Shown here: piece by piece, positions 21,431 to 31,869 of the stretch
Position numbering within the stretch: position 1 is the first letter of the stretch
Layout of the letters: every line of letters begins with the position of its first letter
Assembly: GCA_963796455.1 (NCBI GenBank)
Contig: CAWCLO010000001.1
Coordinates: forward strand, 160,001 to 224,000
Source: Candidatus Sulfomarinibacteraceae bacterium
GTDB lineage: Bacteria > Acidobacteriota > Thermoanaerobaculia > Thermoanaerobaculales > Sulfomarinibacteraceae
Length of the DNA: 64,000 nucleotides
Direction: 5' to 3'
Translations under genes and position numbers: made by a program
The notes under the pieces: model-generated
Told to the model about the DNA's origin: nothing
The model's input: the letters and a program-made list of their open reading frames with translations, nothing else
The model's database searches: none

Positions 21431-22513
21431 ATGTCGGATCGAATGCTGCAGCAGTTCATGGACATGGTGCGGATCGACTCGGAATCGGGCAACGAGGCCA
21501 GATTTATGGATTATCTGCTGGGCGAGGTGCGAGCCATCGGCGGCAACGCCGCGCTCGATGACTACGGCAATCTCGTCGCGGTATTCAAAGCGAAGGACTG
21601 CGATGGTGTCGACCCGATCCTGCTGTCGTGCCACGGCGACACGGTCAAACCGGGCATCGGTATCGAACCGGTCCTCCGGGACGGTGTCATCCGCTCCGCG
21701 GGCGACACGATCCTCGGCGCCGATGACAAGGCCGGAATCGCTGAAGTTCTCGAGGCGCTTCGGGTGGCGCCGGTCCGCCCGCCGATCGAGTTTGCCGTGA
21801 GCCGCCAGGAAGAGATCGGACTCCTGGGAGTGAAGGAACTGGACTTCAGTCGACTCAGTGCCCGCCGCGGCTTTCTGATGGACAACGACACCCTCGACAC
21901 CATCATCATCGGCGGTCCGACCTACTTCGCCATCGACGTCGCGGTGACCGGTCGCTCGGCCCACGCCGGGATGGAACCGGAGAAGGGCATCAACGCCATC
22001 CTGGCGGCAGCGAAGGGCATCACTGCGCTGCGACTCGGCAGGATCGATCATGAGACCACCTCCAATGTTGGTGTCATCAACGGTGGGATCATCCGCAACG
22101 GCGTCCCCGATGCCTGCTCCTTCCTCGCCGAGTGCCGCTCGGCCGACCACGACAAGGCGGTCGCCCTTTGCGAAGAAATCACCTCAATTCTGCGAAGAGA
22201 GATCGAGGCGGCCGGTGCCGCTGTCGAAATCGAGGTCGACGAAAAGTGCCGGGCGGTGGAGATCCCCGAAGAGGCGTGGTCGGTCCAGATTGCAAAGCGG
22301 GCCCTGGCAACCGTCGGCATCGACGCCGAAGCGGTCTTCATGACCGGTTTCACCGATGCCTCCATCTACAACAACCGCGGCATTGAAATGGCGGTGGTCG
22401 GCATCGGCGCCCAGAACGAGCACTCGACCGAAGAATGCATCGAGGTCGCCGACATGGAGAAGGCGGTCAAGATGCTGGTCGAGATTTTCCGACTGGTGGC
22501 GACCGGGGACTGA
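21431..22513 (+). CDS. M20 family metallopeptidase (peptidase T-like)
   Basis: SCHGDTV, LGADDKAG, QEEIGL, HAGMEPEKG, NEHS. Confidence 0.9.
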   Translation: MSDRMLQQFMDMVRIDSESGNEARFMDYLLGEVRAIGGNAALDDYGNLVAVFKAKDCDGVDPILLSCHGDTVKPGIGIEPVLRDGVIRSAGDTILGADDKAGIAEVLEALRVAPVRPPIEFAVSRQEEIGLLGVKELDFSRLSARRGFLMDNDTLDTIIIGGPTYFAIDVAVTGRSAHAGMEPEKGINAILAAAKGITALRLGRIDHETTSNVGVINGGIIRNGVPDACSFLAECRSADHDKAVALCEEITSILRREIEAAGAAVEIEVDEKCRAVEIPEEAWSVQIAKRALATVGIDAEAVFMTGFTDASIYNNRGIEMAVVGIGAQNEHSTEECIEVADMEKAVKMLVEIFRLVATGD

Positions 22514-22730
22514 TCGAAGGCGTTCATCGCGTCACGGGCGGCTGTCCCTGTTCGCTGATGCCTGTCGCTGACGCTGGACACTGTCGCTGCCAACTGTCGC
22601 TGCCGCTGTAATTCGGACGCGGACGCGGACTCGGGCACGGGGCAACCGCAAACCGGGAGTGCCAAAAACCGACCCGTTAACCTCGTGTGGTTCAGTGGGA
22701 AACTTCACGAGACGTGTGTTTTTGGACAGC
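22508..22730. mobile_element. Four-helix-bundle element, partial copy E (gene fragment plus right arm)
   Basis: CTGATCGAAGGCGTTCATCGC is identical to 46961-46981 (minus-strand AMNAFDQ); right arm ends TTTTTGGACAGC. Confidence 0.75.
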
Positions 22731-22761
22731 TATGCCCGGTTTGCGGTGTGCTGGCCGTCAA

Positions 22762-23499
22762 CTAGAACCTGAAACCGGCACCAAAGCTGAACATCAAAGG
22801 ATCGAATGAAATCGAGGTGCCCCTCGAGTCGGGGTCATCTTTGAAGTTGTAGGTGGCGTCCATGTAGGTCAGGCTGCACCCAAGCGACCATGTCTTTTTC
22901 TTACCAAGGAATATGTCGAGCCCGGCCTTGGCCCCCCAGGTGACCTCTGAATCGCTTTGCCATTGAACCGTCACCCATTCATCGTGTTTTTCGTGCCAAT
23001 CGCCGTGAAAGCCTGAGCGAGTCGACACGTTGGAGTAGCGGTTGAATGCCAGCATCGGCCCGGCATAGACATCCACCGGTCCCTCATTGACGAAATGGAA
23101 ATTGACCCCAAGCGCTATTGAACCTGTCGTCAGAAAATCGGATTCCGAGTACACGTGATGCTTGAGGCCAGCCCCGGTCGAGAGGTTCAGATCCGAGGCC
23201 ATGCCGATGAGATTGAATTCGACACCGACGAGTGGGCTGATTCTGCGTTCGAGGCTGACGAAGCCTCCCCCACCGCCGCTGAGGCTGACGCTGGTCCCTC
23301 CGGGGCTGGTCGCCACCGAGGTGTCTCCCACGGTGTCCGCCACCAGGAAACCGAAACGAAGAACCCAGTCGCGGCTCCGTTGCGCCTGCGGGGTCGTCGG
23401 CTCCTCGGCCGGTGGGGCGTCCTGAGCGCCCACTCCGGGAGCTACCATCACGATTGCGAAAAGCACGGAAAGCACGATGCACGTATCAGTCTTTTTCAT
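22762..23499 (-). CDS. OmpW-like outer membrane beta-barrel protein
   Basis: Signal peptide, NFHF..., DVYAGP, DPLMFSFGAGFRF C-terminus. Confidence 0.75.
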   Translation of the reverse strand: MKKTDTCIVLSVLFAIVMVAPGVGAQDAPPAEEPTTPQAQRSRDWVLRFGFLVADTVGDTSVATSPGGTSVSLSGGGGGFVSLERRISPLVGVEFNLIGMASDLNLSTGAGLKHHVYSESDFLTTGSIALGVNFHFVNEGPVDVYAGPMLAFNRYSNVSTRSGFHGDWHEKHDEWVTVQWQSDSEVTWGAKAGLDIFLGKKKTWSLGCSLTYMDATYNFKDDPDSRGTSISFDPLMFSFGAGFRF

Positions 23500-23671
23500 C
23501 TATTCCTCCTGTTCAATCCGGCCCGTCGGTCCTGGGCCCGTCTGCAATTCAGATTGTCGGTCCCAGGGGATCGGCGCGCTTGAGGGAGTTGTGAGGATTG
23601 GCTGAGGTTTGAAGATAAAACGGACGATGGCGGGCGGGTTTGGCGCCAGGCACCTCGTGTTAGGATGCGCC

Positions 23672-25024
23672 ATGCCCACTTCAAAAGCCGGTTATGTCTC
23701 CCTCGCCTGCTCGATTCTGGTTTTTCTGGCTGTGGGAGCCGGCGCTGCGGAAACTCTGATAATCGTCGGTTCGACGGTCATCGATGTGAGTGATTATGGT
23801 GCCGGCGAATCCGACATCATCGACTCGGTGGTGGTGATCGAAGACGGGGTCATCACATTCGTCGGATCACGATCCGATGTGAAAATCCCGGCAACCGCTC
23901 GTGTGCTCGAGGCCAAAGGCAAATTCATGATCCCCGGTTTGACTGACGGCTTTGCCGCCCTCAACAACCAGTCCTACGCCGATGCCTATCTCGAGAGTGG
24001 GGTGACCTCGATCATCGCCGTCTCGGGTGGCCGGCGTGGCCCCTTGGCAACGGACCTGCACCCCGGACCGCGCGTCAGCCGATTGGGTTCGGTCGGCAAC
24101 GAAGCGGGAACGCTCGACCAGCATCTCGCCGCGCTCGAGGACCTGGCGGCCAACGGTGTCGACGTGGCCCTGTTGATGTATGAACTCAATCCCGAACAGC
24201 TCAAAACGTTGATTCGGCGGGCAGACCACTTGGGGATGGCGACCATCGGCGAACTCGGTCGCACGACCTACGCGGAGGGCATTTCCGCAGGCCTGGATGC
24301 AGTGGTCCATACCACCCGCTACTCACTCGACCTCGCTCCGACCAGCATGGCCGGAGCGGTCGCGGACCAACCCTTCAGCAATGACCTCGAGAGCGCCAAA
24401 TGGGTCTACTACCTCTGGTTGAGCGAGCTGTCTCCACATGACCCCCGTCTGGAGGAACACGCCAGGACCCTCGCCGCCGGCACCACGGCCCTGATCCCGA
24501 CCTTCAGTCTGCTCCACCTCGACCGGCCGTGGGCGACAAATCCCTGGATGGACCCGGTCGCCCGCCTCCTGGACCCGAGCGACATCAATGCTCCGGCGGA
24601 CCGTGACAGCGGTCGCCACACCTACGACGCCGCCCACCAGGTGGCCTATACAGCGATTGCTCGCGCTCAATTTCTGCTTGAAGAGGCTTACCACCTCGCC
24701 GGTGCCCGCTACCTGGCCGGGAGCGCCACTGATGTCTGGGGAACCATGCCCGGGATCTCCCTCCATACGGAGCTCGACAGCCTCGTTCGCCTCGGTCTGA
24801 CACCCCGCCAGGCCCTTGCCGCCGCCACCTCCAACTTCGCTGCGGTCTTTCCGAACTGGGGCCGACGCGGAGAAATCAAGGTCGGTTGGCAAGCCGATCT
24901 GCTGGTGCTCGCAGCGGACCCGCGCGAGGACATTCGAAATCTCCGCAGCATCGAGACGGTGGTGCTCGGAGGGCAGGTCCTACCGAAATCGGCCGCGGCC
25001 GACCTCGAAATCAACGGAGAATGA
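23672..25024 (+). CDS. Amidohydrolase superfamily protein, exported
   Basis: GKFMIPGLTD, GVTS, LAGSATD, GEIKVGWQADLLVL; the HxH ligands after PGLxD are missing. Confidence 0.8.
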   Translation: MPTSKAGYVSLACSILVFLAVGAGAAETLIIVGSTVIDVSDYGAGESDIIDSVVVIEDGVITFVGSRSDVKIPATARVLEAKGKFMIPGLTDGFAALNNQSYADAYLESGVTSIIAVSGGRRGPLATDLHPGPRVSRLGSVGNEAGTLDQHLAALEDLAANGVDVALLMYELNPEQLKTLIRRADHLGMATIGELGRTTYAEGISAGLDAVVHTTRYSLDLAPTSMAGAVADQPFSNDLESAKWVYYLWLSELSPHDPRLEEHARTLAAGTTALIPTFSLLHLDRPWATNPWMDPVARLLDPSDINAPADRDSGRHTYDAAHQVAYTAIARAQFLLEEAYHLAGARYLAGSATDVWGTMPGISLHTELDSLVRLGLTPRQALAAATSNFAAVFPNWGRRGEIKVGWQADLLVLAADPREDIRNLRSIETVVLGGQVLPKSAAADLEINGE

Positions 25025-25025
25025 C

Positions 25026-26186
25026 ATGTGTGACATCGATCGAAGAGACTTCATCAAGATTGGTTCCGCCGGTGCCGCCGGTCTCGGCCTCATGGGAACA
25101 GCGGTCTCCTCCGAAGCCGGAGTGCTCAGATCCGATCGGCCGATCTTTTTTACCGGTGACGGCCTCAACCTGTCGCCACAGGAGTACGCCGCCGTCCTGG
25201 CTGAAATCACCAGCGATGGCAAGCTCGAGCAGGACTATTACTCCAACGGCGGCGTGGTCGAAGAATTCGAAAAACGAATGGCTGAGACCCTCGGTAAGGA
25301 AAGAGCGGTTTTTCTGCCCACCGGTACGCTTGCCAACCACCTCGCTATCCGGACCCTGTGCGAAAGCCGCGGTGGCCGCAGGGTCCTGACTCAGGCGGAG
25401 AGTCACATCGGCAACGACGCCGGCGATGACTGCGCGGCGCTCGCGGGCCTACGCGTGGTCGGCCTGGCTCCCGGCGAAGTGGGCTTCACCCTCGATCAGG
25501 TGCAAGCCGAGTACAACCGAGCGGAGGCAGGACGCGTCAAAACGGGAATCGGCGCCATCGCCATCGAGTCCCCGGTCCGCCGCAAGCTTGGCGGAGTCTT
25601 CGATTTTGACGAGATGGTCCGAATCAGCGAGTGGGCGAAATCGAACGGCACAGGTCTTCATCTTGACGGCGCCCGCCTCTTCATCGCCGCCGCATACACC
25701 GGTATCTCCGTCGAGCGCTGGGCAGGACTTTTCGACACTGTTTTTGTTTCCGCCTGGAAGTACTTCAATGCCGGGTCGGGCGCTATCCTCGCCGGGCCGT
25801 CCGATCTGCTGGACGGCCTCTTCCACACACGGCGCATGTACGGTGGCGCCCTGGTGCGGGGGTGGGTCTATGCCGCGGTCGCCCTCCACTATCTCGACGG
25901 TTTCGAGGACCGATACCGACGCGGTGTGGCGGTAAGTAAAGATCTCTTCGGCCGCCTGGACAAGCACCGGGCATTCTCCATTCGCCCCATACCCAACGGG
26001 TCCAACATCTTCATTCTCGAAATTCAGGGCTCGGACCCGGCAGAATTCCGCGACCGCCTGGCCACGTCCGGGATTTCCATGCGCGAGCCGCGCCCCGACG
26101 GATCGATCGTGATTCAGGTCAACGAGACCTGGTCCGCCGCCAGCGGCGAAGAACTCAGCCGGAAAATGCTGGCCGCGTTGGGTTGA
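25026..26186 (+). CDS. Low-specificity threonine aldolase / beta-eliminating lyase family protein with Tat signal
   Basis: RRDFIK signal, FLPTGTLAN, AESH, HLDGAR, SAWK (PLP lysine). Confidence 0.85.
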   Translation: MCDIDRRDFIKIGSAGAAGLGLMGTAVSSEAGVLRSDRPIFFTGDGLNLSPQEYAAVLAEITSDGKLEQDYYSNGGVVEEFEKRMAETLGKERAVFLPTGTLANHLAIRTLCESRGGRRVLTQAESHIGNDAGDDCAALAGLRVVGLAPGEVGFTLDQVQAEYNRAEAGRVKTGIGAIAIESPVRRKLGGVFDFDEMVRISEWAKSNGTGLHLDGARLFIAAAYTGISVERWAGLFDTVFVSAWKYFNAGSGAILAGPSDLLDGLFHTRRMYGGALVRGWVYAAVALHYLDGFEDRYRRGVAVSKDLFGRLDKHRAFSIRPIPNGSNIFILEIQGSDPAEFRDRLATSGISMREPRPDGSIVIQVNETWSAASGEELSRKMLAALG

Positions 26187-26223
26187 GATCCCTCGAAGGC
26201 TTCGACTCGCGTATCGTGGACTC

Positions 26224-27333
26224 ATGAAACAGGCTCAAAAAACCGCCGCTCTGATTTCCGCAGTCATCATTCTGGGGTGTGCCGTCGCATCCGCCCAACT
26301 CGTTCAACCTTCTGCGGAAAAACTCGCCGAGTTGGATTCCTGGATCGAAGCTCACCTGGAGGAAAAGATCATCCCAGGTGCGTTGGTCGCGGTGGCCTCG
26401 AAGGGCCGGATCGTTCACCTCAAAGGATATGGCCTGGCCAATGTCGAACTGAACGTCCCTGTCTCAGACATGACGGTCTTCGAGATCGGTTCCATCAGCA
26501 AGCAGTTCGTGTCCGCCGCCGCCCTGCTGCTCGTTGAGGAGGAAAGACTCGATCTCGACGACTCCATCCACAAATTTCTGTCGGTCCTCCCGGGTGAGTG
26601 GCACGGCGTCACGGTCCGGCAGCTCATGAACCATACCTCCGGCATCCCGGATTACGAGGAGATCGCTTCCTACGACATCTACCGGTTTCGCCTGACTCCC
26701 GCCGAGGTCATTCGAATCGCCCAATCCCGCCCCATGGACTTCGTACCGGGAACCGGGTGGCACTACAGCAATACCGGTTATTACCTATTGAGCATGATCG
26801 TCGAAAACCTCGAGGGACAGTCCCTCGGGCAGGTGCTTCAAAGGCGCATCTTCGGTCCCCTGGAGATGACTCAGACGAGGATGGCGGACCCGGAAGCCAT
26901 CATCCCCCACCGGGCGGCCGGCTATTGGGTCGACAAAACCGGGAAGCTCATCAACCGGAACCCTACCGAAACCTCATCGACCCTCGGCGCAGGCGGGATC
27001 GCGTCGACCGCCACGGACCTCGCGAAATGGGACGAGGCCCTCTATGGAGAAGAGCTCCTGAGCGCACAATCAAAAGAGATGATGTGGACGGCGACGATCC
27101 TGCCGAATGGGGAAAACACCGGTTACGGTTTCGGGTGGGGTCTCGAACCCTACAAGGACCTGACCCGGATCGGCCACTCCGGCATGGTCGCAGGGTTTGT
27201 GGCGATGTACTCCCGATTCCCCGACCAGGAAATGTCCGTCATGGTGTTCATGAATCGTTATAAGGTGCCCAGCTTTCAGATCCAGCGGGCTGTGCTCCAC
27301 ACGTTCATGCCGAGCCTCGGGCCGATTCCATAA
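26224..27333 (+). CDS. Serine hydrolase, beta-lactamase class C / D-peptidase-like family
   Basis: GSISK (SxxK), LMNHTSG, YSN, GHSG; signal peptide. Confidence 0.9.
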   Translation: MKQAQKTAALISAVIILGCAVASAQLVQPSAEKLAELDSWIEAHLEEKIIPGALVAVASKGRIVHLKGYGLANVELNVPVSDMTVFEIGSISKQFVSAAALLLVEEERLDLDDSIHKFLSVLPGEWHGVTVRQLMNHTSGIPDYEEIASYDIYRFRLTPAEVIRIAQSRPMDFVPGTGWHYSNTGYYLLSMIVENLEGQSLGQVLQRRIFGPLEMTQTRMADPEAIIPHRAAGYWVDKTGKLINRNPTETSSTLGAGGIASTATDLAKWDEALYGEELLSAQSKEMMWTATILPNGENTGYGFGWGLEPYKDLTRIGHSGMVAGFVAMYSRFPDQEMSVMVFMNRYKVPSFQIQRAVLHTFMPSLGPIP

Positions 27334-27492
27334 CTTCACGTCCGAATCACAACTGCGGCTGCAGTCGCCAACGGAATTGCGGAGATCAACTCCGCCCTGA
27401 AGGATTCTCGTCATCGGGGCGGTGTTTATCCCTGGCCCCAGAAGCGTGAAAATTCCAAGCGGATCCATTTATAATGAGATTCGGAATCAATC

Positions 27493-30104
27493 ATGTTTTT
27501 TCGTACTCTCCGTGTCTCGGTATGCGCTCTGGGGATTGCCGTCTGCACGACAGCTCCCGTGGTCGATGGCGCGACTCCGGTATTCCTCGACGGATTCGAA
27601 TCGGGGGACCTGTGCGCCTGGCAGGGCACCTGTCCTGCGCCCACGGATGTGGCTGGCACGTGGATCGGTTCTCTGTCCTTTCCTGGTGGGGTGTCCCGAA
27701 CCATCGTGCTCCAGCTTCATCCGAGGGTCGATGGCGATCTGCTCGGCTACATGCTCGGGACCAGTGAGAGCTGGGTCATGCGGTCCGGAACCTATGCCGC
27801 CGGCGCGCTCGATCTGGAACTCGCCTTGCAGGGCCCCTCCGGCGACCGGATCGTGACCCTGTCCGGCCCGGTTAACGGCGGCCGGGCCACCCTCACTCTG
27901 AGCGGCGATCTTGCCGGCCAGACGGTCAGCCTCATTCGTTGGCCCGAAGAGCTCGTCGAACACCGCTTCGCCTTTGCAGACTCCAGCGATGGTCTCTCGA
28001 ACCCCCACTTCATCAGCATGGCCGTCGTCCTGAATGGAGCTGGAGAACTGGTGGCGGGCGCTTGGGCCGGATCCGAGCAAAAACCGCCCTGGGATCAAGA
28101 CGGCGGAGTCAATTCGTTTTCAATCGACGGCGACATGGTGACGTTTGGGCTCGATCTCGACGGCGGTTGCTCCGACGGCTCCGTGCTCGACGGCGCTCTC
28201 GATTCCTCCATCGGCTTTTATACCGGCAGCTTCAACCTGATCGACTGTTCAGGATCGCAGGCTGGGACGCTGCTCGGCGGATTCATCGACGGCACCACGT
28301 CGGCAGATGTCACCGAAGTTCTGTCCGCACTGGCCGCGATTGCGGATCAGCTCGAGTCGGGTGCCCCTTTTCCCAGCCCCACCCCTCGTTCGTCGAGACC
28401 TACTTCCACGAAGGCACTGATCTTCCCGGCCTGTTCGCGGGCTTTACCGCCGAAACTACTTCGTGGGACGACATCGAGTTCACCGTTCTCGACATCTCAC
28501 GGATCGCCACCCGCGAAGTGCCCGGTGAAGTGGCGATCCTGTCCCGGCCCCTGGGTGTCGATTTCCAACAGATTCGTTCCGGCGTGCCCTCGGGTGGAGG
28601 GATGCGAGAGACATATCTGGACACCCGCACCGACCCGCTCGCACTCGTAGCTCACAATCAACTCGGCGTTGTCGCGGATGACGGCGGAACCTGGAAGATC
28701 AACGGCGACCAACAGCCGGCCTTCGATCTGCCGTGGATGTCTTCGGCAATCCAGCCAGGCGACAAACGGCTCCTGGCCTCCACCTCGGCCGATCCGATCC
28801 ACGTCTCTCTCGGCGGTTACGGCGGCCATTTCTCTCCGCTCAGCGGCCATGCTTTCGGCGACCGCAAGGCCAACTACTCTGGTTTTCTACCGGCCGACGA
28901 CAACGAATTGGATGAGCTCGTCGGCGACGGCATCGGCGACGACGATGGCACCTGCTCTCCCGCCGAGTTCGAGGAAGGCGGCTGCGCGTACTGGGCGGCG
29001 GTCGACGGGTCCCTGGTTCGGCAGCGCACCCCTTGGTATCTCGCTCCTCAGAACGGCAAGGTTTCCGGCATGAAACTGAAAAGCGGGGCACCTTCAGGAT
29101 ACTTCGATTCACCTCCCCACTGGGAAGTCGCCATGGCGTTCGACTCGGGCATCAAGATGGAGCTCGGACACGTTGGCAGGATCGATGATGACGTGGCGCT
29201 CGCGGTGCTTGCCGAAACAGGCTGCGATCCTCGTAGCTGGCAAAGCTGCACCGGGGTCGGCCCCGGGAGTGATCTCCTACTGGGGGCCACGCCTATCCAG
29301 GTGAGCGCTGGAGATCCCGTGGCTCAGCCCCAGGTCTTCGCGGACGAAGTTCCGGGCTTCGACGGCTACCACGTGGGCGGAGGCAGCTACCCCGAGTATC
29401 CCTGGGCCCAGATGGAGTTCAACGTCTCGGCGGTCGTCGAGGGCCGGCTCATCAACGCCTGTGTCTTCGGACTGATGAAAGGCGACCGCCGCCACGCATA
29501 CAAAACGGTGATGGAAGCGGACATGGCCGACCCTGATTCGCAACGCTACCGGTCCCGTTTCGATTGGCCTCAGTGGGCGTGGCGGGCCGAGGCAGCGTTG
29601 TGCAACTCCGAGTGGCAGGGAAACACTGACTATTCGAGTCTGTCCACCAGTCTCGGCGGGTGGTACGAGCGGGACGACGCGGGCACCGTTTCCGACGAGT
29701 TGGTGGCCTTCGCCCCGATCGCCATGGAGACGGGGCTCTACGATCCGGAATCCTACGAACCCGGCACCGATACTCTGATTCTCCGCCAGAAAGCCTCTCC
29801 GGGTTCCTTTTCGTGGACAATGCCCGATGCCTCGGTCATCGAGGCCTTCTACCCTTCCGGTGAATTGCTGCAAAGGACGGCCTCGAGCCTTCTCGTCCTC
29901 TGGCGCGATATCGGTTGGGTCGGCGGCGATGTCTACCAGGCCGCAGCCTACCGTCTCGATGAGAATGGCTTGACGATCAAGTGGGGGCCGTTTGCAACAA
30001 CCTCCGCCGGAGCCCTGGCGGTTGCGCCTACCCTGGGACCAGCTGAAGCGTGCGACGAATCCACTGTCATCTGCTACAACCACGACGAGCAGCCCGGGTA
30101 CTGA
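27493..30104 (+). CDS. Large secreted hypothetical protein (about 870 aa), one frameshift at about 28368-28371
   Basis: ORFs 27493-28650 and 27939-30104 join if the T4 run is T5 (GAPF|SQPHPSF); signal peptide followed by VFLDGFESGDLCAW. Confidence 0.7.
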
Positions 30105-30136
30105 AAACGGATTCCAACCCAGGGGAATCGAGGTCC

Positions 30137-30691
30137 CTACGACCCTCGGATCTTCAGGCGTGCCTTGAGTTCGCCCGGGGTGATCTCCCCCGCATGGTGC
30201 ACCGCCTCCACCTGATCAAAGTCCGAGACCCTGTGCCCTGAGTTTCGCATCTCTTCCGGCGACGGGAGCTGGACGAAGCGAGTCTCCGGTTCCTGTTCGC
30301 AGTAGCGGGCGAAGGCAGAATCGGTGCCGCTGATGTGATTTTGAATCCACCTCTGAATGAGGCCCTGTAAGGACGTCACCGTCGCCGCCACTGATCCTTC
30401 CTGATTGTTGATAGATCTGCTCAATTCAGAAAGTTCCCGCCGCATCATGGCGTGTTCCCAGCGGTGGCGGTCTACTCCTTCGTAGCCGGCGGCGACCATG
30501 GCGTACTCTTCGGAGTCGAAATGGTATTTGGCATAGGCGATGAGAAATCTCGCCGCGCGCAAGACGATTGCACGATTTCCATTGACCGCACCGATCGAAT
30601 TCACGGTCCGCGCCCAATGGATGAGAGCGCGGTGCTGGTCGTCGATGCCCTGAATGCCGGTCAACAGATTGTCGGGAAGTACGACAGTCAT
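30137..30691 (-). CDS. Bacteriohemerythrin family protein
   Basis: TGIQGIDDQH, YHFDSEE, HRWEH and WIQNHISGTD iron-ligand motifs. Confidence 0.88.
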   Translation of the reverse strand: MTVVLPDNLLTGIQGIDDQHRALIHWARTVNSIGAVNGNRAIVLRAARFLIAYAKYHFDSEEYAMVAAGYEGVDRHRWEHAMMRRELSELSRSINNQEGSVAATVTSLQGLIQRWIQNHISGTDSAFARYCEQEPETRFVQLPSPEEMRNSGHRVSDFDQVEAVHHAGEITPGELKARLKIRGS

Positions 30692-30903
30692 ATCTTGGTG
30701 CTCCTTTTTGGACCCCAGAGAGTCTCCGTCGGCTTTTTTTTGCAAACGCCGTGCCAAAATTCCACCAATCAGGAGCAAGGTCATCTCGGGAATATGTCCT
30801 AAATCGGAATAGTTACTGTATCGATCTAATGAATCTTTGCTTTTGATCGCCGCCGAACTGTCGAACATGGCGGGAAAAACTCTTTTTGTTGGGGGCAGGG
30901 GCC

Positions 30904-31704
30904 TCAGGGCACGATTGCCACGATGCGAAGCGGTCCGCCGCTTCCACCGGCGATCTTCATCGGCAGGGCGATGATCACGAATCCGGTCTCCGGAAGCTGA
31001 TCGAGGTTGGCGAGGTTTTCGAATGCCGGAATCTCCTCGGCGAAGAGCACCTGGTGTGACTCGAAGAGGGTCGACTGGCCGAAATCGATGCTTGGAGTAT
31101 CGAGACCGATGCTCTTGATCGACCGATTGGCCACCAGCCATGCAGCCGCCTCGGGTTCGAGACCGGGAAAATGGAGATCGGCCACCGCTTCCGGGCCACG
31201 TTCGTCCGTCCCCATGTAACGAACCCGGTCGGGCCAGAATGCGCCGAAGCCGGTGCGCAACAAAACAATGGCGCCGTCGGGAAGAGCGCCGTGCTGCGAC
31301 TCCCATGCCTCGAAATCGGTGATCGACACCTCATAGTCCGAATCTGCCGCGCACTTTTCCGAGACATCGATGAGCACCGCCTCGCCCATCAAGCGGTCGA
31401 GGGGGATCTGGTCGACGCTTACCTTGCCCTCCGAGAAATGGATGGGAGCATCGATATGTGTTCCACCGTGCTCGGCGGTGCAGAAGGTGTTGGCGGTGTA
31501 GTAATAGCCGTTTTCGGTGACGCCCTCGAAATCGGCAGCCAGGCTGAATCCCTCTGCGGTGGGCCAGAAGATCGTGGACTCGTCATAGCTGTAGCTCAAA
31601 TCAACTACGGTGCCCTCCGGAAGGGCGAATGGCGCCAGGGACTGCTCCGGGGGAACGGGTTGGCAGCCGCTCAGTACGATCACAACGAGAAGCACAAGGC
31701 GCAT
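30904..31704 (-). CDS. Cyclase family metal-dependent hydrolase (kynurenine formamidase-like), lipoprotein
   Basis: EHGGTHIDAPIH, LLRTG, GLDTPS, FENL; LSGC lipobox. Confidence 0.9.
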   Translation of the reverse strand: MRLVLLVVIVLSGCQPVPPEQSLAPFALPEGTVVDLSYSYDESTIFWPTAEGFSLAADFEGVTENGYYYTANTFCTAEHGGTHIDAPIHFSEGKVSVDQIPLDRLMGEAVLIDVSEKCAADSDYEVSITDFEAWESQHGALPDGAIVLLRTGFGAFWPDRVRYMGTDERGPEAVADLHFPGLEPEAAAWLVANRSIKSIGLDTPSIDFGQSTLFESHQVLFAEEIPAFENLANLDQLPETGFVIIALPMKIAGGSGGPLRIVAIVP

Positions 31705-31869
31705 CGTACGGTCTCCATTCAGTCGAGTTTTGTAAGTACGAGCCTATGGTACCGCCGCCGGACCCGATGGTCACCCGGTAACGAAGATCCGGCCCAAAAA
31801 AAGAGAGTCCTTGCTTTTGGCGCCAATATCGCCTATCACATTGACGAACCTGCTGATTGGGAGGGTCCT

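Noticed and set aside
27334..27420. Possible seventh element remnant after the serine hydrolase
   Set aside because: Only short matches (GCAATT, CTGCAG); not distinguishable from chance by eye
30692..31306. Long N-terminal extension of hemerythrin in the ORF track (similar extensions on serA, the aldolase and the first M14)
   Set aside because: The extensions overlap neighbouring genes; internal starts fit the family lengths better
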